IMG/VR virus record: IMGVR_UViG_3300047444_000617
Coordinates: 46,249-110,248 of that record
From: a virus
Reading direction: 5' to 3' (one strand)
Length of the DNA stretch: 64,000 bases
This document shows positions 54,884-64,000 of this stretch, in pieces. The position numbers and the translations under genes were made by a program. Each line of letters opens with the position of its first letter. Position 1 is the first letter of the stretch. Under the pieces are notes generated by a model, which did not search any database, was not told the DNA's origin, and was given only the letters and a program-made list of their open reading frames with translations.

Positions 54884-56428
54884 TCAGGAAGTGGTCGTGC
54901 TGTCGGTGGCGGAGGAGCCCCCGCTGTACTGGCCGATCTCGATGACGATGAACTCGGCGGGGGTCTGCGTGGCGACGCCGACCTGGACGTTGACCACTCC
55001 CGCAGCCACGGAGGCCGGGGTGTTGTTGGTCGCGTCGCAGACCACGAAGTAGGCCTGGGCCGGGGTGGATCCGGCCAGCACGCCCGTCTGCATGAGCGTC
55101 AGCAGGTAGGCGGAGACGACGGCACTGACCTGGTCCCACAGGATCTGGTCGTTGTCATCGAAGGGCGCGAACTTGGTCGCGTCGAGGATCCCCTTCTTGA
55201 TCAGCATCAGGGACCGCCGGACCGAGACGTAGCGGTCGGGGGTGCCTTGCGAGAGGGTGCGCGCACCGTAGATCACGAAGCCGGTGCCGGGCAGCGACTT
55301 GATGACGTTGATGCCCGCCACGTTCAGCGTGTCCTGGTCGGCGTTGGAGAACCGGAACTGCACGTCCAGCACGCCCCGCAGGACGGTGTCGATACCGGCC
55401 GGAGGCTTCTGCACACCGCGCGAGGCGTCGGTGCGGCTGAACTGCCCCAGCACCGCGCCGCCGGGAGGCAGCAGCCGGGCCGAACCGGGCGTGGAGGTCG
55501 ACGGGTCGTTGACGATCAGCCACGGGCCGTAGACGGCCGCGTAGGACGAGGCGGTGATCGCCGAGCCGCCGGTGGACATGCCCTGCAGGGACAGCGCGTA
55601 GGAGTGGGCGTTGTCCGCCGAGGAGGCCTTGACGCCGTCCACGACAACGAACACCGTTCCCAGGCCCTCCGCCCACGCGATGACGGGGTTGAGCACGGTG
55701 GAGTCGGTGACGCCGGGCAGGTTCAAGATGAGGTTGTCCTCGATGACCTCCAGGCGCTCGGCCGCTGCACCCAGGTCCACCGTGGCCGACCCGTCCGCGC
55801 CGCCCGTGAGGGGAGTGCCGGTCTGCACCGCCGGGGCGTGCGTGACGTCCCAGGCGGAGGTCAGCAAGGAAGTGATCTGGACGAACTTCGAGCCGGTGAC
55901 GGGGCTGTTGATCAGCGCCTGCGCGTTGCGGGAGTCGGCCGGGTCCAGGGAGACGTCGGCGAAACGCTCCCGCAGGAACGCGGCCGTGGAGCCCCCGACG
56001 TAGACGTACAGGTCGAAGCGACCGGAGCCGGTGCTGGAGGCGACGACATCGACGTACACCGTGTTGCCCCACACCCCGGGGGATATCGCGGTGATCTTCA
56101 GCGTCCCCTCGGGAGTCGCCTCGGTGTCCTCCAGGGTGACCGAGGCAGCGACCGCGTCGGAGGCAGCCGCACGCACGATGTATGCGCTGTTCCCGCCGTT
56201 GTTGAAGTACTGGTAGACGGCGTACGGCAGCAGGTCCGAGGTGTCCCCGAACGAGCCGTAGGTGGCGACGTACTGGGCGAAGGACGACACCAGGGTCGGC
56301 GCCAGCGGGCCACCCTGCTTGCAGGTGCCGACGAAAGCCGCAACGGACTCGCCGGGAGTCGTCGCGGTCTGCGCCAAAGGCGCCAGCGTCTCGTCGATGT
56401 AAACACCGGGCCGCTTGTAAACGGTCAT
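54884..56428 (-). CDS. contractile tail sheath protein
   Basis: PGVYI.E, YF.NGG, RGV.K.PA, YGARTL, YV.VRR, PAEFI. Confidence 0.95.
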   Translation of the reverse strand: MTVYKRPGVYIDETLAPLAQTATTPGESVAAFVGTCKQGGPLAPTLVSSFAQYVATYGSFGDTSDLLPYAVYQYFNNGGNSAYIVRAAASDAVAASVTLEDTEATPEGTLKITAISPGVWGNTVYVDVVASSTGSGRFDLYVYVGGSTAAFLRERFADVSLDPADSRNAQALINSPVTGSKFVQITSLLTSAWDVTHAPAVQTGTPLTGGADGSATVDLGAAAERLEVIEDNLILNLPGVTDSTVLNPVIAWAEGLGTVFVVVDGVKASSADNAHSYALSLQGMSTGGSAITASSYAAVYGPWLIVNDPSTSTPGSARLLPPGGAVLGQFSRTDASRGVQKPPAGIDTVLRGVLDVQFRFSNADQDTLNVAGINVIKSLPGTGFVIYGARTLSQGTPDRYVSVRRSLMLIKKGILDATKFAPFDDNDQILWDQVSAVVSAYLLTLMQTGVLAGSTPAQAYFVVCDATNNTPASVAAGVVNVQVGVATQTPAEFIVIEIGQYSGGSSATDSTTTS

Positions 56429-56461
56429 GAGTTTTCTCCTGTTGAAAGTGAGTTCCTGGGG

Positions 56462-57118
56462 TTACGGATTGCTGCTCCAAGGAATGCCGTCGGTTACGTC
56501 GTCCGTGTAGTATTCGAGGTCCAGCGCGACGCTCTGCGCCTTCACGTAGGTCTGCGCGACACTGCTCGTCATTTCGCTGGACACGGAAATCAGGTACTCG
56601 CGACGGAACAGGCGTTTTCCGTTCTCGTCGCGGGTGTCGACCAGTGCGGGACCGCCCAGGAGATCCAGTCGGCGAACGGTGCCGTCCTCGGGAATCTCCA
56701 GGAATCCGAAGCGCGCAGGAATCCGGTCGGTCTGCGCCAGGGCTGCGGCCAACGCGATGTCGTGGTTGGAGGTGCGGGTGAATACCAGGACCCGGTAGCG
56801 GAGGTCATATGGGATCGGGTACTCCACCAGGTACGGGGACTCGGTGACGTCGTAGGACGTGGCGCCGTCCGCCCACCACGCGGGGGATCCCTCGGGGGCG
56901 TAGGGAAGCCTCACCCAGCCCCGGTGTTCCCGGTCGTCGGCCTTTTCGATTCCGCTGTGCTCGATGACGACCAGCGGGAAAGTCTGCTTTGCCAGCTCGC
57001 TCTCGGGAACGCGGTAGCGCACCGGGACATCTCGTCCGGCGGGGGCGTTCGCGTCAGTAACGGTGAGGCCCTGTAGTTTTGCCTTTACGGCGCGGTCCTC
57101 GTTGATGAGCCATGGCAT
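56462..57118 (-). CDS. tail terminator/completion protein
   Basis: position upstream of sheath; PIPYDLRY motif. Confidence 0.6.
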   Translation of the reverse strand: MPWLINEDRAVKAKLQGLTVTDANAPAGRDVPVRYRVPESELAKQTFPLVVIEHSGIEKADDREHRGWVRLPYAPEGSPAWWADGATSYDVTESPYLVEYPIPYDLRYRVLVFTRTSNHDIALAAALAQTDRIPARFGFLEIPEDGTVRRLDLLGGPALVDTRDENGKRLFRREYLISVSSEMTSSVAQTYVKAQSVALDLEYYTDDVTDGIPWSSNP

Positions 57119-57218
57119 GCAGCGGGCCTCGCGAGATCTTGAAAATGCGGAAGGGTTCCGCCATTCAGGATCTCAAGAAGCCCGCTGGAATTGATAACAC
57201 AGAAGCGGTATCAGCGTC

Positions 57219-58022
57219 TCACTTGAGGCCGTACCACTGGGATCCCCAGCCGCCGGTGATGAGAGTCGTCGTCATGGTGCTCAGGTCTATTGACGAAGGC
57301 AGCGAGGTCAGCCCGGAAAGCATCGACGCGAGAGTGAGATGCGGCGCGGCCAGACCGGAATTCGCGGTGACGCCACCGCCGCAGGACTTGAACTGCAGGC
57401 TTGTGGTGAAGGTGCCGTTCAGGAGAAGCGCGATGAAGTACTCCCCGGCAGGAGCGGCGTATGCGCTGGTGAAGTTCACGCTCTTCGGCGTTGCGGAACT
57501 CATGAGCGTGGAGGAGATGTCAGCAGTGGCCGCGCGAAGCGTCCCGGTGCTGTCGTAGACGCCCAGGTAGGAGTTCGTGACCGGACCGGTCGTATCGACG
57601 GCCGACAGTCCGAACAGGATGCTGTTGAGGGTGGCCGCGTGCCGCAGCAGCGCGCGGTGCAGGGTGAGTTTGCCCGGCGCGTTGGCGAGGCTCGGTGTGA
57701 CGCTGGTTCCCGCGTTGAGCGGGTTGTAGTTGGCCCACACCAGGTTGTTGTCGTCGGGCATCCAGTTGCCCACGGTATGAAGGTGCCCGGCGTCCGCGTA
57801 CAGGCCGGTGCTTCCGGCGCTGGACACGGGACCTACCGCAGTGGTCGACGTGCCGACGGCCGACTTGGCCAGGTAGGTGGCGGCGTTGGTGGTGGCAGCC
57901 GCCGCGAGGTCTGCAGCCTCCTGGGTTGCGTCGATCTTGCCCGTGTTCAGGGCGGTGAGGTCCGCGTTGATCGTCGGACCCCAGTTCTGGTCTCCGACGT
58001 TGGGGAGCGTGACGCTGGTCAT
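57219..58022 (-). CDS. virion structural/fibre-like protein
   Basis: LPNVGDQNWG.TIN..L N-terminus; beta-rich. Confidence 0.55.
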   Translation of the reverse strand: MTSVTLPNVGDQNWGPTINADLTALNTGKIDATQEAADLAAAATTNAATYLAKSAVGTSTTAVGPVSSAGSTGLYADAGHLHTVGNWMPDDNNLVWANYNPLNAGTSVTPSLANAPGKLTLHRALLRHAATLNSILFGLSAVDTTGPVTNSYLGVYDSTGTLRAATADISSTLMSSATPKSVNFTSAYAAPAGEYFIALLLNGTFTTSLQFKSCGGGVTANSGLAAPHLTLASMLSGLTSLPSSIDLSTMTTTLITGGWGSQWYGLK

Positions 58023-58042
58023 TCCTTGCCTCCGTAGGGTGC

Positions 58043-58564
58043 TTAGTTGTTGGCCTGGGACCAGTGCGCGAACTGCGCGTCGTTGACCAACTCGTCGCCC
58101 TTCATCTGCACGCACTCCATGCCGACGATGAGGTCCCGGTTCTGGATCTGCCCGAGCACGGCAATGGAGGTGACGCGGAACACCGAGTCGTCGTAGATGA
58201 TCCGGTCGGTGAGGTACTTCTCGTGGTCGATGTCCTGGTCGGTGAAGCCCATCCTGCGCAGCGAGTCGAAGCTGGCGGTGATGTGCAGGTTGTCGACGGT
58301 GTACAGGCCCTGCGTGGTGTCGTCGGCCGGACCCTGGTTGTGGATGACGTGCAGAGCGGGCACGCGGAAGGGGCCGGTGAAGATCTTCCCCTGGCCCGTT
58401 CCCTCGTCGTACAGGTCGTCCCCGGCAGGATCGGTGTGGGAGAAGCGGTAGTACTCCACCCTCTCGCCGACCTCGGTCTGCCTCCCGCGCAGGACCCCCA
58501 TGATGTCGGTGGTCTCGTAGTTGGCGTTGAAGCGGCCGTGCGTCTTCCAGTCCAGGCGGCCCAT
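58043..58564 (-). CDS. head closure/neck protein
   Basis: DDLYDEG motif; synteny. Confidence 0.6.
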   Translation of the reverse strand: MGRLDWKTHGRFNANYETTDIMGVLRGRQTEVGERVEYYRFSHTDPAGDDLYDEGTGQGKIFTGPFRVPALHVIHNQGPADDTTQGLYTVDNLHITASFDSLRRMGFTDQDIDHEKYLTDRIIYDDSVFRVTSIAVLGQIQNRDLIVGMECVQMKGDELVNDAQFAHWSQANN

Positions 58565-59376
58565 CAGAAGTACCCGTAGAAGTTCTGCGAGGGCAGGCCG
58601 GACTCGTCGTCGTTCTGGTGGCCGGGCCCTATCGGCGGCAGGATCCGCTGGGGCAGCGAGTAGTCGTCGTACTCACGCTCGCGGTACAGCGGCACCAGGC
58701 GGTTGGTGGTGCGTGAGACGCGGCGCAGGTTGGTGACCTCGATGGAGTACAGGCCGACGCCCAGCTTCTCGCAGAGCGTCTTGTATCGGTCGGTCGCGGC
58801 AGCGATCTGCGTCTGGATCTGGTCGAAGCGCTGGCCCCGGTCGACGTGGGTACCGTCGGAGGTCTCGACGTTGATGTCCGTGGACGCGTCGGTGGCCATC
58901 TTCCACAGGCACTCGATCGACGCGAGCATGGACACCAGGGACTCCTCCACATCCGGCAGGGTGGCCAGGCTCACCGGCACCTCGTCGTAGTGGATGAAGC
59001 CGTTGGAGTCCATGTACCGGGTGGAGGCGGTGCGGCCCTGGGTGTGGTGCAGCAGCGCATCGTTGATGTAGGTGTCCAGCTCGTCGTCGGCGAACAGGCC
59101 GTAGGAGGAGCCGGAGACCAGCAGCAGGGAGTCCAGCGGCAGCGGAGTGGTCAGGTCGAGGATGCCGTCCACGGAGTCCACGGTGTAGTCGGCCGGGGTG
59201 TTCAGCGCGGTCTGGGTGGTCCCGGTGATCTGGATGACCTCCAGGCCGGTGACGTTGTTGGCGCTCAGTTCGTACTGGGAGACGTCCCCCACGCCCCGGA
59301 TGGTGTCGCGGAACGGCTGGAGCCGGTCGCCCAGCTCGTTGCGCACGCGCGTACGCAGATCTGCGATGGTGGCCAT
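58564..59376 (-). CDS. head-tail adaptor/neck protein
   Basis: RVR.ELGD...F.D.EL..YI; synteny. Confidence 0.6.
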   Translation of the reverse strand: MATIADLRTRVRNELGDRLQPFRDTIRGVGDVSQYELSANNVTGLEVIQITGTTQTALNTPADYTVDSVDGILDLTTPLPLDSLLLVSGSSYGLFADDELDTYINDALLHHTQGRTASTRYMDSNGFIHYDEVPVSLATLPDVEESLVSMLASIECLWKMATDASTDINVETSDGTHVDRGQRFDQIQTQIAAATDRYKTLCEKLGVGLYSIEVTNLRRVSRTTNRLVPLYREREYDDYSLPQRILPPIGPGHQNDDESGLPSQNFYGYF

Positions 59377-59391
59377 TCCGCGACCTCCCTG

Positions 59392-59811
59392 TCAGGCGTT
59401 GAGCGTCAGCGCGCCAGCGGCGATCTGAAGCGATTCGTTGGTGACGGCCAGCAGCGGGGAGTCGATCGGCCACACGTAGATGACGTCACCGGTGGTCCCG
59501 GAGGCCGAGGTGACCAGCGCGGCGAAGACGGCGGCGTCCGTCATGTCGGAGGTGAAGGGGCCGTAGAACAGCAGCGCGTTGTTGGCCGTGGTCACGGGGC
59601 TTCCCGCCGGGGCCGTCCACACCACCTGCTGGCGCGCGTAGCCGGGCGTGGAGACCTCCGGAAGCGTGGTCATGTCGACGCTGCCGTCTTCCCCGACGGG
59701 GTCGGCGATCAGCAGTGCGAGGTAGGTCGAACGCGGCGCGGTGTAGGCCACGGCGCGGCCGGTGAGGAAGTCCAGGGCGTTACCGGCCCAGGTCGGGGTG
59801 GAACCGGCCAT
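59392..59811 (-). CDS. virion structural protein
   Basis: YLAL...DP...EVS..GYARQ.V pattern. Confidence 0.6.
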   Translation of the reverse strand: MAGSTPTWAGNALDFLTGRAVAYTAPRSTYLALLIADPVGEDGSVDMTTLPEVSTPGYARQQVVWTAPAGSPVTTANNALLFYGPFTSDMTDAAVFAALVTSASGTTGDVIYVWPIDSPLLAVTNESLQIAAGALTLNA

Positions 59812-60110
59812 CAGGAGTCAACCTTCTTGAACAGGCGCTGGAAGTCCGACAGGTGCACGGAGAACCGGCGCATTGCGGTGCCGGGCGCGTGCTGGCCGCT
59901 GTCGGTGATCACGTGGGTGTCGTGCTCGTACTCGACGAGGACCGAGTGCTCGGCTGCGTGCCCGACTCCGGCAGTTCCTGCCGGGAAGACGTCGACCACG
60001 GCGACCGGGGAGCCGGACGGGATGTGCCCCAGCCCGGCTCCGTGCCCCTCGGCGTTCTCCAGCACGTACGTCTCGCCCGGGGAGGGGACGAGCGGGGCGG
60101 GAGTAGTCAT
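59811..60110 (-). CDS. hypothetical protein
   Basis: AAGGAG RBS; coupled ORF. Confidence 0.6.
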   Translation of the reverse strand: MTTPAPLVPSPGETYVLENAEGHGAGLGHIPSGSPVAVVDVFPAGTAGVGHAAEHSVLVEYEHDTHVITDSGQHAPGTAMRRFSVHLSDFQRLFKKVDS

Positions 60111-60131
60111 GGGATAGGTCTCCTTGGACCG

Positions 60132-60512
60132 TCAGTGCCAGATGTAGCCGAGGGTGTCGAGGTGGTCGTAGAGGGCCTTGGGCGCCTTGTAGCGCACGCC
60201 CTCCTCGAAGTCGTAGTGGTTGCCGTGGCCGTAGGTCATGTTCTCCAGCGAGGTGTTCACGCGGAACTCCCGCAGGGGCGTCTCGACCTCGACGGCATCG
60301 GACACCTCGATGGCGGCCGGAGCGGGCGCCGGGCGCAGGTCCTTGGGGATGACCTCGTGCACGGTGTCGTCGCGCTCGGCAGCGGCAGCGGCGTTGATGA
60401 GGGCGATCTCGCTCTCGCGGGCCTTCAGTTCCTCGGCGTGCTCCTTGGCGAGAGCGGCCTTGTTGCGGCCGGTCAGGTCACCGGGACGGGCAACGTTGCG
60501 TGCAGCAGGCAT
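60132..60512 (-). CDS. hypothetical (post-capsid) protein
   Basis: start MPAARN after GGAG. Confidence 0.6.
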   Translation of the reverse strand: MPAARNVARPGDLTGRNKAALAKEHAEELKARESEIALINAAAAAERDDTVHEVIPKDLRPAPAPAAIEVSDAVEVETPLREFRVNTSLENMTYGHGNHYDFEEGVRYKAPKALYDHLDTLGYIWH

Positions 60513-60566
60513 TTCATTCTCCGGGTTCGGGACTCGTTTATGGTGTAGCGGTACTACTCTAACGAC

Positions 60567-60607
60567 GAAGGGGAGGGGCTCTGGTAATCCCAGAACCACT
60601 CCCCTTC
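60567..60607 (-). terminator. terminator hairpin after capsid gene
   Basis: GAAGGGGAG.GG..CTGG / CCAG..CC.CTCCCCTTC. Confidence 0.7.
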
Positions 60608-60650
60608 CCGCGCGACTACCAACTCAGCGCAGGGACCGTGGTCCCTACAA

Positions 60651-61634
60651 TCAGTTGGTCTCCGCGATCAAAACGGCCTGGTCCGTGATCAAGCCGAGGC
60701 CCCAGATCGCATACCAGGCAAGGGCGTGCTCACGCCCAAAGTCGAGAATGCCGCCGTCCCTCAGTTCGACCGGCAGCGAGATCGCGTGGCCGAATGCGTT
60801 GTCGCCCAGGAAGATGCTCTGGTAAACCGTCTTCCCGCCGGAGTTGACGACCTGCTTGACCTGGGTGGTCTCGATGAAAACGACGTCGTTGAGGCGTCCG
60901 ATCTCACCCAAAAGGAAGTTCCCCGGGGCCGCGTACTTGGTCACCTCGATGAATTCGGGATCATCGCGCAGGCGGCGGGACTGGTGCGGGTGGACGAAGG
61001 ACACATAGGTGTCCCCGAGGCGCGGGACGTTCTTGGTCGCGAGTGTTTCCACCGCGTCCTTGACGAGGGCGGCGGTGAAATCGAACGTGCCGTCCAGGGC
61101 GTCGGTTCCGGTGGCGGCGGTGCCGTGGTCGTACGGCGAGATCGCGGTACGCGCGGTGAGGGCGTACTTGTTGTAGCCCCAGATCTTGCTGGACGCCTGC
61201 AGCAGGGTGTCCCTCGCCGACTGGTCCAGGTAGAGAGCCATGTTTCGACCCAAAAGCCGCGAAGCGGACGCCATCACGTCGTCGAACGAGGCGTTCAACA
61301 GCAGTTCGCTGACGGCCACGGCGTAGCCGTGCTCGGCGACGGTGATGCTGAACTGGGAGGCGGAAAGGGCGTTGGTCTGCATCCGAACGCCTTCGACCAA
61401 CTGGCTGGCCGAACCGAGGTTGTTGTACCTCATGAAATTGATCGTGAGGCCGGGCTGGACGCCGAGTTCGGTCTTCTTCACGGCGAATTGTTCGAAGCGA
61501 AGGATCGGCATCGACTGGAACAAGATTTCCTTGCTCCAGATGGTCTGGATGGCAGCACCAAGGGTGCTGTTGGCGCCCGAGTAGTTCGTCGGAGAAGCCG
61601 ACAGGTTCGGGGTACCAGTGATCGCGCTTGGCAT
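60651..61634 (-). CDS. major capsid protein (N4-gp56 family)
   Basis: RF.QFA, G.TINF.RY, L.EG, HP...LR.DP, GEIG...V.FIET. Confidence 0.88.
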   Translation of the reverse strand: MPSAITGTPNLSASPTNYSGANSTLGAAIQTIWSKEILFQSMPILRFEQFAVKKTELGVQPGLTINFMRYNNLGSASQLVEGVRMQTNALSASQFSITVAEHGYAVAVSELLLNASFDDVMASASRLLGRNMALYLDQSARDTLLQASSKIWGYNKYALTARTAISPYDHGTAATGTDALDGTFDFTAALVKDAVETLATKNVPRLGDTYVSFVHPHQSRRLRDDPEFIEVTKYAAPGNFLLGEIGRLNDVVFIETTQVKQVVNSGGKTVYQSIFLGDNAFGHAISLPVELRDGGILDFGREHALAWYAIWGLGLITDQAVLIAETN

Positions 61635-61669
61635 ACTTGGATTTCCTTAGTTACGGGTACTCGACCGGA

Positions 61670-62533
61670 TTACGAGTACAGTCCACGCTGGTTCTGGGCT
61701 GCCTGTCCGACGCCCAACTGGCCCCGAATCTTGGCGTACTCCGACATCGGCATCGCCGAAAGGTCGGCAAGGGAGTACGACTTGTGCCCCGGATCGGTGT
61801 CCATCGGTCCCGTGGTGGAATAGCCCGTGGGGCTCACACCGCGCATTGAGGCCCGCTGCTGAATAGCGGCCTGCTGGACCGATTCCAGGATAGCCTGGGT
61901 CTTTTCCTTTACGGTATTGATGCTCGATTCGACCTCGGCCTGGGTGTTGCCGGTGACGAAATCGAGAAGTTCCGGAGCGATGTTTTCCTGCTCCTCGCCG
62001 ACGCGGCGCTGGATGTAGGACTGCAGGGCGTTGAACTCCTGCTCCTTGGCGAAGAGCGCCCGCTCCTGTGCACGCTCCTGCTCGAACTGGGTGAACCTCG
62101 CAGTCCACTCCTGCTCCTTCTGGGCCAGGAGGTCCTTGGCGGACATGTCAGCCTCGGCCAGGGCCTTGGCCTGCGCGGCGGCTTCCTGACGGCGCTGCTC
62201 CTCCTCGGCCTGGGCGGCCTCGCGGGCGGCGCGCTGCTGCTCGATCTCGTCGAGGAACTTCTTGTTCTGGGTCTCGACGGACTCCAGCCGCTTGTACAAC
62301 TTGTCCTTCTCCTCCTGCCGCGCCCGCTGGATGTCCTCGGCGGTGAACCGGGGCTCTGCGGGGGCCGGAGGGGTGGTCGGCTCGACGACAGCGGCCGGGA
62401 TGGTGATGACGGGGTCGCCACCCTCACCAGGCTGCGGAGCGCCACCGGCGATGTTGTAGATCGGGAAGCCGTTCTTGCGGTGGCCCAGCACGGTCATGGC
62501 GGGCAGCGAGATGCCCTGGGTATGAAGCGACAT
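61670..62533 (-). CDS. capsid scaffolding protein
   Basis: coiled-coil between portal and MCP; start MSLHTQG after AGGAG. Confidence 0.75.
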   Translation of the reverse strand: MSLHTQGISLPAMTVLGHRKNGFPIYNIAGGAPQPGEGGDPVITIPAAVVEPTTPPAPAEPRFTAEDIQRARQEEKDKLYKRLESVETQNKKFLDEIEQQRAAREAAQAEEEQRRQEAAAQAKALAEADMSAKDLLAQKEQEWTARFTQFEQERAQERALFAKEQEFNALQSYIQRRVGEEQENIAPELLDFVTGNTQAEVESSINTVKEKTQAILESVQQAAIQQRASMRGVSPTGYSTTGPMDTDPGHKSYSLADLSAMPMSEYAKIRGQLGVGQAAQNQRGLYS

Positions 62534-62546
62534 GCGCTCTCGACTC

Positions 62547-64000
62547 CTAGTCGGTGTTGGTGTCCGGGTCTCGGCGTAGTCCGGCCCGAGGGCCATACGC
62601 CTGTGTCACGATTTCGTTAGTCATCTTCTGAATCTCAGGCGCTGTGATGTTGCCGAGGTCGACACCACCGGGAAGCGTCACCGGATTCGGACCCGCAGGA
62701 GGATTGACGGGGTTCCCATCTGCATCCGTCTGCGGTGCAGGCGCCTCCGCCCCTTCAGGCGGCATTCCCGTCAGTTGCAGGATAGTAGAATCTATCTGCG
62801 CCTTTAGCATTCGCAGTGCGCCCTGCTGCTTGGCGTCCTCGATCTGCTCTTCGAAGATCTCCCTGACCTTCTCGTCGGGGAACTCCTCGCCGAGATCGTG
62901 GAGTGCTCCGCGCATGGACTCCAAGCCCATCGACATCTTTGCCTGGATTTCGTTCAACTTGATGAGCGTGTCGACGGGGAGAGGCGCGGGCCATTCGCAC
63001 TCGGTGAAGTAGGCCATGGGGTCGAGGACGTCGACCATAGGCGGCTGGTCGTCCTTCATGATGCCCTCGGTGGCGGGGTCATACAGCCGGGTCTCCGGCT
63101 CGAAGGTGAACAGCGTCTTGAGGATGAGTTCGTTTATGCCCTGCAGGCCTACCGAGTACTGCATCTTCTTCTGGTCGTACCGGGACATCATCGGCCTGTA
63201 CATGATGGCCAAAGCCACGCCCGACGTATTGCTCGCGGGCTGCATCTGGCCGAGCGCGGTTTCGGGAACGCCGGTGATCTCGTGCATGGCACGCTTGATC
63301 ATTTCGAGGTACTGAAGGGGTCCGGCGAGGTCTACGCCGTTCTCCAGGTTGAATACCTGGGCGTCCTTGGGCAGTCCGCCCCACACCTTGCGAGGACCCT
63401 TCTCAAGGTTGCTCGCTTTCGCGCCCGTGATGATGGTCACGGGGGCCGCGTGGTAATTGATGATGTCGCTGATGTCGGTGGCCTTCTCGTTGTACTCACG
63501 ATTCAGGCTGACGATGTCGGCGATGTCGGACAGACCCCACGGGGAGCCACTGACCTGGCTGTTTGCGATGTGCTTGACGGGGATTACGCCCAGCGGATTC
63601 GGCCGGGAGTCGATCAACTCGTCATTCAGATACTCCTCGATCGTGGAATCCGTGAGGACCTCGACGTACGTGTAGACACTTCTGGTCCCGTCTTCGCCGG
63701 TGGCCCAGAAGCGGTACTTGAGTTTGAACCTGATGAGCCTGTCGCGGTCGTGCGGGTGCCACTCCGGAAAGCAGAAGGCACTGTTGAGCGGAAGAATGCG
63801 AACGCGGCCGGGCTGCTGCTGTCCCAGATCATCTACGAATGCCGGTGCGTATGCGACCTTCACAAAGCAGTCGCCGGAGACGCCGCCTTGCTGGCCCATC
63901 TCCCAGAGCAACTGCTCCTTGCGGTTGTCCACCTCCCAGGCACGCTTCAAAAGCGCCGGGATGATGTGCTCGTACTGCTTCACGCTCTTGAAGTGGACGC
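62547..64000 (-). CDS. portal protein (SPP1 gp6-like; 5' end outside window)
   Basis: GDCFVKV, NPLGVIPV.H..N, WG.SDI, SGVAL. Confidence 0.88.
   Translation of the reverse strand, partial: VHFKSVKQYEHIIPALLKRAWEVDNRKEQLLWEMGQQGGVSGDCFVKVAYAPAFVDDLGQQQPGRVRILPLNSAFCFPEWHPHDRDRLIRFKLKYRFWATGEDGTRSVYTYVEVLTDSTIEEYLNDELIDSRPNPLGVIPVKHIANSQVSGSPWGLSDIADIVSLNREYNEKATDISDIINYHAAPVTIITGAKASNLEKGPRKVWGGLPKDAQVFNLENGVDLAGPLQYLEMIKRAMHEITGVPETALGQMQPASNTSGVALAIMYRPMMSRYDQKKMQYSVGLQGINELILKTLFTFEPETRLYDPATEGIMKDDQPPMVDVLDPMAYFTECEWPAPLPVDTLIKLNEIQAKMSMGLESMRGALHDLGEEFPDEKVREIFEEQIEDAKQQGALRMLKAQIDSTILQLTGMPPEGAEAPAPQTDADGNPVNPPAGPNPVTLPGGVDLGNITAPEIQKMTNEIVTQAYGPRAGLRRDPDTNTD

Larger units (their letters stand above)
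3676..62527 (-). repeat. dispersed polarised octamer CTTCATAC (27 exact + 3 CTTCATAT)
   Basis: GTATGAAG on + starting at 6003, 8481, 9569, 10897, 14622, 16586, 19636, 20083, 21270, 22774, 26222, 27247, 28055, 29310, 31388, 32046, 33897, 34630, 35225, 36494, 36888, 47541, 50268, 50450, 54259, 57775, 62520; ATATGAAG at 3676, 5256, 38387. Confidence 0.92.

Noticed and set aside
38764-57118. Extracellular contractile injection system or tailocin
   Set aside because: Portal, scaffold, capsid and a full replication module are present, so this is a phage
277-61823. Many long + strand ORFs (e.g. 21588-23402, 39190-41643, 50419-53301, 54863-57076)
   Set aside because: Antisense shadows of high-GC minus-strand genes; no recognisable domains or RBS
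1-64000. tRNA genes, integrase/att sites, IS elements
   Set aside because: None recognised by eye; a tRNAscan/Aragorn run would be needed to exclude tRNAs fully

Overview
64 kb segment of a high-GC (about 67-68% by eye) actinobacterial, probably Streptomyces-infecting, myovirus or phage-plasmid. Essentially all real genes are on the minus strand. In transcription order (right to left): portal, scaffold, N4-gp56-type major capsid, neck, tail sheath/tube/chaperone (with a probable +1 frameshift), tape measure with NlpC/P60 and SLT domains, baseplate and fibres, holin; then replication/recombination genes (HTH initiator with internal iterons, DnaC-like loader, DnaB, primase, SNF2 helicase, SSB, PolA, class II RNR, RecA, WhiB, Cas4-like exonuclease, RNA ligase, ThyX, dNMP kinase, resolvases, SpoVS); a GH25 endolysin; a nucleotidyltransferase/HAD-like/TGT-like cluster; and early genes with repeated promoters and RBS cassettes. 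No integrase, tRNA or CRISPR was seen. The main unexplained signal is the octamer CTTCATAC (GTATGAAG on +). I counted 27 exact copies plus 3 CTTCATAT variants by eye, all on the coding strand and always read in frame as CTT-CAT-AC/AT (Leu-His-Thr, Ile or Met). The four apparently intergenic copies each lie in that same frame inside unannotated 10-28 aa mini-ORFs whose stop codons overlap the start of the next gene (recA, initiator, HAD-like gene before dnaB, tube initiator). All calls come from motif recognition without database searches.
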